Assembly (NCBI RefSeq): GCF_000143415.4
Contig: NW_003314267.1
Location: 3,679,138 to 3,743,137 of the forward strand
DNA from: Selaginella moellendorffii
Taxonomy: Eukaryota > Plantae > Lycopodiophyta
Reading direction: 5' to 3'
DNA length: 64,000 bases
The translations under genes were made by a program, and so were the position numbers. The notes under the pieces were generated by a model, which did no database searches, had not been told where the DNA came from, and was given only the letters and a program-made list of their open reading frames with translations. This document shows, one piece after another, positions 55,375 to 64,000 of the stretch. Position 1 is the first letter of the stretch, and each line of letters opens with the position of its first letter.

Positions 55375-56040
55375 CCTGGATGGATCTCTGCTCTTCATCG
55401 CCAGGAACTTCGTGTGGATGCTATCAGTGCGGTCGCCGGACGATCCATTCGCCGGCGGCGATCGGGGGCCTCGTAGGCGCAAGCACTGATGAGAATGTAC
55501 GCGGGATGCAAGAAGGTGAGTCGCGCGAGGAGGGTCTTCGAGGAGATCGCGAGGCCGCGAGGGAAGTACCTGTGGAGCTCGCTCACCCGGGCCAACGCCT
55601 CAACGAGCGAAGATCTATCCTCTCGTTTATGAATACATGAATAAGCATAACTTCTTTTATCTTCCTTCAAATCCGCCTTTGATCGGCTTTGTTTCTCTGG
55701 TTTGCAGCGAATCCAAGGCACCTCAGCTGGAATAAACGCGTTGAGATTGCTCTTGATTCAGCCAAAGGACCTTCACGAACAGAGACATCAAGTCCGGCGG
55801 GAATCTCGAAGCCAAGGTTGCTCACTTCGGTCCGGGAAAGGACGCAGTCAAAGGAACACTGGTAAAGCAAAAACTTTCTTCTTTTTCTCTTCATCTTGAT
55901 TGCTCTCTTCCACGTTCCAGAATACTGTTCGAGGAGATGAAGAGCGATTGCAAGGCGAGGCCAACGCAATAGACTATCTTCGCCATGGCCAGTGCTTCGA
56001 GGAGGTGAAGAGCGTCCGTGGCCGGTGCTGCGCGAGCTGC
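55375..56040 (+). pseudogene. Inverted, condensed fragment of the PPR at 53949-55256, interrupted by unrelated DNA at about 55620-55920
   Basis: Reverse complement of about 54490-54220 and about 54200-54100. Confidence 0.88.
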
Positions 56041-56049
56041 TGATCGTGG

Positions 56050-56790
56050 CAAAAGTTCTTGAGATTGAGCTAACCAAATCAAGTACACAGGACTAGTCAT
56101 GATCCCATGTACAATATGAGGAGTCTGCCGCTATCCGGCAGTTCTTTGAAGCCAAAAGGTCTTGAAGCTCCAACTTTCCTGTGCTATAGCTGAGGGTTCA
56201 GATGTATCATTTTCAGGTCAACTCCGTGCGTGACAAAGGAAAATTATCATGGAATCGGCCTGTAAGGACGTGGATTGTTTTAGCGTCGACAACGCTCTGG
56301 TAAGATTTTGTTTAAATCGGCAATACTTCCTTAGGTTCATAGACCTTCTTTCTTTACAGATTCTGGCCGACATTTGATTTCTTAATATCCAAAGTCACCT
56401 AATATGAGAAAAAGTTAGAGTCTTTGAATGGGGCAATGTAAGATGTGCTTTCTCTTTCCCATGCTTCCAACTCTTCTACTCCTTAAATGTTTTAACTGCA
56501 GTGACGGATGAATTGGAGCAAGACAGCATCATGTCAGTAGGCTCAATTTTTTCATTATGAATGTGTCTTTCTCCTGAGGTTGCAGGTACCATGTTGCTGA
56601 GAAGACAATAATTAGAGCAGTATATAGTCGATGCGTTTCCATATGCTCCATCGGTGGCGATTTCCGAGGTATGCTGGAGTGGTTGCTAGCTAGTTTTCAA
56701 TTTCTTTTTGCAGGTTTTGTAAGAGAGGAAGAAATGCAAGTGGAGTGGACTCGTCAGAATCGGCTCGATTCTAACTATATCAACAGTTTT
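56050..56790 (+). pseudogene. Inverted, condensed UDP-GlcNAc pyrophosphorylase fragment
   Basis: Reverse complement of about 58420-57140, including intron pieces (VDCFSVDNAL, DELEQDS, DAFPYAPSVAISE). Confidence 0.9.
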
Positions 56791-56914
56791 TTTTTTTATT
56801 GCAAAGTTGAGTTTCTAGATGACAAAATTTCTGCCCCCATCGCAGAATATCACGAACGCATTATTCACTCCACAAGAAACTGACCTTCGTTTTTTTTTTA
56901 AAAAAAAAATTCCT

Positions 56915-59159
56915 CTAGCGTATTTCACAAGGGACATGAAAGCTCCGTCCATGACATATCTCTTCGAGATTTTCGCCTGCATACGAGATCAAAGGACTGA
57001 CCTCCACTCCTGCAGGATATTCAAGTTCAAGAGACAAACTAAATACCAGTTAATCCATCCATACCAGTTAAATGTAATGGCACCGAGTGTAGAATGAAAC
57101 CTCCCGCTGCTACCACCCAGCGCATGTGGAGGCGAAGAAGTAACAATCGAGCCGATTCTGGCGAGTCCACTCCACTCGCATTCTTCACCGGAGCAAACTC
57201 TTCCTCTCTTACAACCTGCTAAAACAAGAATTTGAAAACTAGCTAGCAACCAATCCAGCATACCTCGAAAATCGCCACCGATGGAGCATATGGAAACGCA
57301 TCGAATATATACTGCTCTAATTTGATGCCTTGGACAGGCCCGTCCGCGGAAGGTATTGTCTTCTCAGCAACATGATATCTGCAACGTCAGGAGTGAGATC
57401 CAATCATAAAAGAAGAAACTTGAGTTCCAGGAGCTACTTACATGCTGTCTTGCTCCAATTCATCCGTCACTGCAGCCAAAAACTCTAAGGAGTACATTTG
57501 CATACAAATCTGAAAAAATAGAAGAGTTGGAAGCATGCGAAAGAAAAAAGCACGTCTTACATTGCTCCATTTAAAGTTCAATCGTCCTGTCTCTTGGTTG
57601 ACCGAGGAAGCGAGAGCAGGATCCAGCTCACTGTATTCCAAGACGGCCACAGGTCCGTTCTTTGCACGTCTCACGAAGACTCCAACTCTTTCTTGAGGAT
57701 ACAACTATGAAAACACGCATAGGTGACTTTGGAAGAAAGGGGGAAATTTAAAAAATCAAATATATACCTTCTTCACAGCTTTGGCAGCACAGCTGACGTT
57801 TCTATCGATGCAGTAGCCTAGAAAGAGTGGGTCTGCTACCCGAACCTGTAAAGAAAGTCTATGAATCTAACGAAGTTTACTGATTTTTTTTAAACGAAAT
57901 CGTACCAGAGCATTGTCTACACTGAAACAATCCACGTAATGAATGCCTCTCTTGGCCATATCTTCCAAATGGCCCGAGGTCTTCAAAGCTGTAAAAGTAT
58001 ACCCATTAACTTCAGTCGGAGTAAGATAGAAGTCATAACGCGTACCTGCGTAGACTCCACCATTTCCGTCTGGGGCCCTTGAAATCTGCAATGCCAGCTA
58101 TGTGATGAAACACTTAGGCTTTCAACAGCTTATCAACACCTTACAGGCAGATTCCATGATAATTTTCCCTTCCTTCGTCACGCAAGGAAGCGTCCCTTGT
58201 TGAAAGAAGATTACCTGAAATGATACACGGTAAGCATCTTCCCTTTAGCACAGGAAAGTCGGATCAAACCTGTTGTGCTTCAAGACCAAAGTACTTTTTG
58301 GCTTCAAAGAATTGCCGAGTAGCGGTGTCTGTAAATGGACTCGTCATAATGTACCATGGGATCATGACTAGCCTTCCTGTGTATTTGATTTGGTTAGCCC
58401 AGAAGAACAGTTCTCAAGAACTCTTGCATACCTGAGCCAGCCCGATTCGAGGCTAGTTTTTGTATTCTCAAAATTCTCTCTGCCTGGAGCTGAAACAGTG
58501 ACTTTCCCGAAGGCAAACCGATATCTGTTCGAAGTGGAAATGGAAACTCGTAAGAAAAAGCCAGGGAATCGAGCGATAACTTACTAATGCATCCCTTTGG
58601 ATCATTACTACCCAAGCGTGTGCCCTGCAAGAAAATGGCCAAGGTTTCCAGGCAACAAGACAAGGAATTTGAGGATACCTGGCCCCCTGACAATAGCAGC
58701 ACCGCCAGTTTTCCTTCGGAGATCGCCTTCAAGCCCAATCCCCACCATCTTTCCCTTTCCTGGGCAGTCCTTTCTTCAATACAAGACACCGACGCTTCTG
58801 CTAGCGGCACTGGATTTCTCAGAGAATCTCCTGACAAAACAAAGCGTTTAAGCTTGGACCAAAAGCGAGACCGCGAAGAAAAAATTCCTCCTAGATATCT
58901 CACCGCGCTGTAGTGTCTTCCTCGCAATCCGCGAGACGCGAGGAAGATCTACCGCCTGCAAGCAGAGATTTCTCCAGATCAAGCCACAAATTGCCACATT
59001 TCCCACCTCCAATTCGCAGATCAGCTCGTCGCGCTCCACCTCGTTCAGCTCCTTCCAGCGCCCCAGCGTGTGCTCCTGCCCGAAATCCTTGAGCCGCTCC
59101 AGGAACGCCTGTGGCGGGAGCATCGATTCGCCGCCAGCTTCGAGCAACGCCTCTCCCAT
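56915..59159 (-). CDS. UAP1: UDP-N-acetylglucosamine pyrophosphorylase
   Basis: LLSGGQGTRLG..DPKG, IGLPSGKSLFQLQAERI, WYIMTSPFT, APDGNGGVY, VDNALV, LEQYIFDAFPYA, EVSPLISYAGENL. Confidence 0.95.
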
Positions 59160-59458
59160 GGCGCCGTGATCTCTAAAACCCTACCGGTCCTCCAAGGCAC
59201 ACCTTATATATGCGAAGAAAAAAAAACTACTGGCCCGAGAGAAAGCATATTCAATGGATGCTCTCTTACGACAGTGTTAATGAACGGATCTCACTTTGCT
59301 CCACGTACTCCGGATATAGAAAAATTCCAAAAACTCTTTGTTCTAACCATGAGCTTCTTCCGTATTGACAAATCATCGAGTTCTTCACGGAATCATCGAG
59401 TTCTTCCCAGTTCTTCACGGAAAAATCAATGCGAGGAGCTCAGCGTCTTCACTTGCGA

Positions 59459-61370
59459 TTAATCTGGAAGAAGCCAGTCAAAAAATCCCACCTTGGTATA
59501 CTTCCTTCCTTTTCCATACTCGATCAAAACGCTCCAGAGTTCCAGCACGCTCCACTTTTGTTCTAAAATCCAGTCGGCTATTCTCTGGAGCTTCGTGGTA
59601 CGTGGATCTTTGAATGTGTAGTACAACAGGAAGGGGCGGCCAGCCTGCAAAGGTTTCTCATCGTCCCAAAGCATGAATTTTTGCGACATAGAGATGCTTA
59701 CCTCCGAGGCAGCCAGCCACTGGAGCATGCTCTTAACTTCATGGTCCCCGCCAAAGACCCCACATCCCCAGTTGCCGGTGGCTACTCCACGAGCGCTTTC
59801 ACTCGAGCCACCGCATTGAATCGACTGATGGACGAGAAAGCCACAGTATGCCTTGTTAAGTTCCCTGGTACAGTAAAAAGTTCAAGGAAAAAAAAAAGAA
59901 AAGTCACAACGAAAAAGTATCGAAAACGAGAGCCTACCGCAGCATTAGCGCAGCGTCGAATTGTGCTTCTCCCGGAAACGGGAGAGCGTCAATGGCCACA
60001 ATGTGCGTTTCCTTTCGACCCCATGCATCTCTGGCTTTGTTGTCGAAGAACTTTCCAGCAAAACGAAAGCTCGAGGCATATCTATCGGGAAAATGAAATG
60101 GAAAAGAAGTTGGAACGCTTTCGTGGTAAGATAAACTTGGCGTACCCCTCATATCGATTGTAGCACTGCGTCCCGACTATTTCTATTGCTTCATTGTCTT
60201 GCATTGCCGGTAAGAAAAGCCTTCCAGCGATCAGTTCGGGATTGATTACGCATCTAATCTCCTCCTGTCACAATTGTTCACATAACTTTTAAACGTAGAG
60301 AAGTCTACCTGCAAGCATCCGGCGCCGAGTACACCACCACCTAAGACCCTGTTGGCGAAATCCACCTCCAAAACGGGAGTATCACTACCTTCTATAGTGC
60401 CATCTTCCATTACCTGAAAAGAAGAGAACAAGTTAAGGAACTGACAACGCTTGTGACTAAGACCAGTATTTGACACAGCGGTCTCGAGGAACTGCTCCAG
60501 AAAGAGAGAGGATCCTCCATCTCTTGTTCCAAAGACAACACCTTGCGCTCGTAAGAAATCATTCCTTGCGGTACGCTTTCACAAACAATCTGAAAGTAAT
60601 GCAACAAGCATATGATCTTGTGCTTGGCACTCTCTTCTCGATTCTCATCAACCAGTGCCCTGCAAAAAGCAACAGATAAACAGAAAGGAAAAAAAAACAA
60701 AGCCCGGTGTAACTTACATGAAGAGTTTATAGAAGTTTAAGTCGGGAAGATCCAATTTGTTCCTCTCTGCCGAAGGATACAAGCAGAAAAACCCGCACGC
60801 TAGAATCGATGCCACAAGCTCCTGGTGGTGATCTGCTGGCATAAGAGAATGAAGAACTCAAAGAAGAAAATGGATGAAATCTTTTACCTGGCTCAGCAAA
60901 ACCATGCCACTTTGTCCGGCGGGAAGAGCACGCAGCTGCAAAAAATCCAGTTGTGATGGAAAGCGATCGCTCACGCTGCCATCAATGTGATCCTTGACAA
61001 GCGCCGACAGCCTCAAGGCGAGCTGAGCCATCGCTGGCAGCAACGAGCCAAAGAATCCGCGACAGAAATCTTCTGGTACGAGCTGGAAGCCAGATTTTTT
61101 TGCACAACTGGATCAAGAATTTCGGCTTACCTCGCGGAAGAACAAGCCCATTCCTTGCACAGCCCTAGCCGGAAGCTTGGCATCTCTCATCCCGCCCCGG
61201 TGACGCATCTCCACGATGTAATCCAGCAGGGCCTCTCCGGACGAGACGCGGCTGATCGCCGGGCCCTGCGCAAGCTCCGAGAGCGCCATAGAAACGCCGA
61301 TCGGCCATTCCAGGACCTTGGACGCTTCATCCAGTGTGAGAGGCAACAAAGGCGCCATACCCATAGCCAT
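59459..61370 (-). CDS. PARG: Poly(ADP-ribose) glycohydrolase
   Basis: VDFANRVLGGGVLGAGCLQ|EEIR (GGG-X-QEE signature), INPELIAGRLFLP, IVAIDAL, VATGNWGCGVFGGD, LQWLAAS. Confidence 0.96.
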
Positions 61371-61444
61371 TAGGGCAACACACGTTCAACATTTGTTAAT
61401 ATAGAATATTCCCTAGCAATTTAAATTACCTTAGGGCTTGGGCG

Positions 61445-63573
61445 ATGGAGGCAGTGATAGTCGAGCCGCCGCAGGATGCGACTGTACATGCCGTGTGCTT
61501 GCCGGAACTGGGGAGAGTGCAGGAGCGAGTTGTGTTAATTTTCCATGTAGCTTATCCGAGCGTAATAGATATTCACCTCTATTCTGTGCATCTCCAACTT
61601 CTCAAGTTACGCCGATCTCGGCTCATGGATCACATTCGAGCATCTCTGGAGCTGTCAACGTTCGGTACTCCACGAGCTCTGGAGCTCGCATTCACAAAGT
61701 AAGAGTATGTGCATTGTACTTTTTCCAAAACATCGGTGGTTCGTTTGCAGGATGAATGAAGAGCTGCGGGCTGTGGTAGGAACATCAGATTGCTGGGTAT
61801 GTGGTGGTGATTACTGCTGTTGCTGTAAATGTTTGCTTTGGTTCTGGTTATAGGATTGGTGTGCGCAAAACAGGTCCTTGGTGGTGGTGCTTGGAGACGC
61901 GCATGTGTATGTGTTTGGCGAGGCCTTTGCGTCGGTGATGCTGTGCCGAAATGGGAAGGACGAGATGCTGACCCGTCCAAGTTCTCTCTACCGTCTCAAA
62001 AATGCTAGCCCCCCGCAAAGTAGCAGTGAACCTTTTTATTACCACAAGGTACTCACTCTTTTGTTGAAATTTGTTATTCTGGAAGCTTGGTGGACGCAGG
62101 AGCGGGTGACTACAGCAGACACCTATCTTCTCGTTGCATCGGCGCACCTGGGTTGTCACATGGATGGCGATTATACTAGCGTTTTCACCACTCGGATTGA
62201 CGCAATGGTGAGTATTTTATACTTTTGATCCTCAAACGAGCTTGTAATGTGCGAACTAGTACAGGGCCTCGAGGAAGCTTGCCGCCAGATTGCTGCAGGG
62301 ACCGATGAATGCAGGACGTTCGCACTAGTTCCTGTTGGAGAGCTGCTGCGACAGAAAGTGGCCAATGGAGAGGAAGACCCAATCGATTTGAATCCCGAGC
62401 CTGTGGACGAATCTGAATCTGAATCTGAATCTGAATCTGAAGATGAAGATGAGTTCGAAGACGAAACAGCGATGATAGAGTTATATGATGTTACACCCTG
62501 TGGTTTCCGCCCCCTAGGTACGTACAGGACATCAATTATAGCTATATGACCATATTACTGCTTTCAGTCAATGGGAACGCTCAAGTACCCGAACCCTTTA
62601 TCTGTTGCAATCCCGGACCTCCTAGGGACCCCTGCATAAAGGTGATGGACCTCAAGGTAATAATACTTCAAATTTCCCTCTTGTGGTTTTTTTTTCCAGA
62701 GTTCTTGGTTTGAGATTTAGTGGCTTTTGATCAGGAAAAGGACCTCAAGCTTGTTTGTAAAGTCGGCTCTTGCAAGTTTGTGATTAAAAGCGGGGACATA
62801 AAAGAGTGGTTTGTGGACGGAAGGAAGGACGCAATTGTAGTTCCTGTTGGAGGTCAGATACACAGAGGTAACGCAAAGGGGTATTTGGCATTTTGACATG
62901 AGCTTTTGTCTTTTCTTTTCTCTTCAGAAATAGGTTTTGCCACTGGGTCGAGCTTTACTGGCTTGGATATCATGTAAGTGTCTTTCCTTATTTCGTTTTC
63001 CACCTTTTAACTGACTCGTTTCTCAGCCCTTCAGGAGGACTGCCAGCACCTAAAATCATTATTACTAGAGGCCCAAAATACTTCAAAGACATGGAGACGG
63101 AAGCTGCCAAGCAACTTGGTCTCACTTATGAGTATGTCGGAGTGTGTAGCAAATTTGATACATTGTGCTTTTGCTACTACAGGAACGCTATAACATTTGC
63201 TCGCAAGAAAGGCGTGAAGCACATAGCGCTCCCAGCTATCTCGTGCGGATGTGGCGGGTTTGTTGCTCACACTTTACCTCTTGTATACTGAGTTCGCATT
63301 GTGTTTCAGGGTTCCTCTGGATAAAGCGGCACGGATTGCTGTGGAAAGCGTACAAAAGGCACTCAAAAGTGCTAAAGCGTCCATTGAGGTAAGCTGCCCT
63401 GGATTAGACATGCCTTTGTTATTCAGTGTTCGAAATTGTAGGTTCACTTTGTCATAAAGGACGAACCCGCCTGGAGAGTGTGGGTAGCTGCAACAGACCT
63501 CCTTGCATTTTGGAATTATGATCGCTACCTATCTTATCGGTGCAACAGACCTCCCTATCCAGTCCGTGAATGA
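61445..63573 (+). CDS. Fusion protein: degenerate PP2C-fold domain + acidic linker + degenerate MacroD-type macrodomain
   Basis: Phase-consistent GT-AG model with no stops. PP2C-like part: ALELAFTKMNEEL, LVVVLGDAHVYVFGEAFASVMLCRNGK, DTYLLVASAHL. Linker: (ES)5EDEDEFEDE. Macrodomain part: FVIKSGDIKEWFVDGRKDAIV, GGLPAPKIIITRGPKY, YENAITFARKKGVKHIALPAISCG, EVHFVI..W. Confidence 0.8.
62409..62438 (+). repeat. (GAATCT)5 coding microsatellite encoding an ES repeat
   Basis: Five exact hexamers in the acidic linker exon. Confidence 0.9.
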
Positions 63574-63649
63574 GAAGTAGAATAGTTACACCTGGTTTGT
63601 TTTGGCTTAAATTGGATTTAATAGATAAACTAGTCCAGTAAACTTTGCG

Positions 63650-64000
63650 CGTGATGATCTCCGGGCTGGGCTCCCGCGACGCGCAGCGCATCTTCTTGTC
63701 CGTGGATCTCAAGGGGCCGAGGCCGTGATGGCGGCGATGATCGAGTCATGCTGCGACGCCGCCGGGATCGCGAGCGCCCGCGCGACGGCAGCGCGAGAAG
63801 AGCTGGAGGCCAGGTTGAAGGAGAGGGACGAGGCCAACATCAGAAATTTTCGGTGATCTCTCGCGGTGCTTGCAACCACAGGAGAGTGATGGGGGGCTGA
63901 AGGTGGCGAGGGAGATCTCTCACCATTCCTACCTCAAGAAGAGGCAAGACAAGAAGCTGGAGGAGCTCAAGGACACACTCATCGACGAGGAGTTGCTGTT
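63650..64000 (+). pseudogene. Possible decayed PPR-like fragment
   Basis: GC-rich; MISGLGSRDAQRIF and AAMIESCC weakly resemble PPR helices; frames broken; runs to the window edge. Confidence 0.25.

Overview
Gene-dense eukaryotic nuclear DNA from a non-seed land plant, most likely a Selaginella-type lycophyte. That is inferred from the mostly 50-70 bp GT-AG introns, very short intergenic gaps, the PLS/SS-PPR expansion and a retained HslU gene. Intact genes: Rab2/RabB (3' end), cyclin B, an unannotated 3-exon 142-aa gene, RPL7A, a Uma2-like ORF, FtsZ2, kinesin-14, two intronless PRP4-type kinases, an F-box protein, VPS35, a cap N7-methyltransferase, two MiAMP1-like secreted peptides, Nup133, a PPR-DYW editing factor, HslU, a GDSL lipase, four tandem PPRs, UDP-GlcNAc pyrophosphorylase, PARG, and a PP2C-like/macrodomain fusion. 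Three observations stand out. (1) PARG sits head-to-head (74 bp) with a spliced, open-frame pseudo-PP2C + acidic linker + degenerate MacroD fusion, a candidate ADP-ribose module. (2) A 2.1-kb foldback is built from gene fragments and contains an 82-nt pre-miRNA-like hairpin that matches a MiAMP1-like gene 28 kb away at 24/25 nt. (3) Four local duplications each leave deletion-condensed shadow copies of neighbouring genes. All family calls come from motif recognition by eye; no database searches were run.
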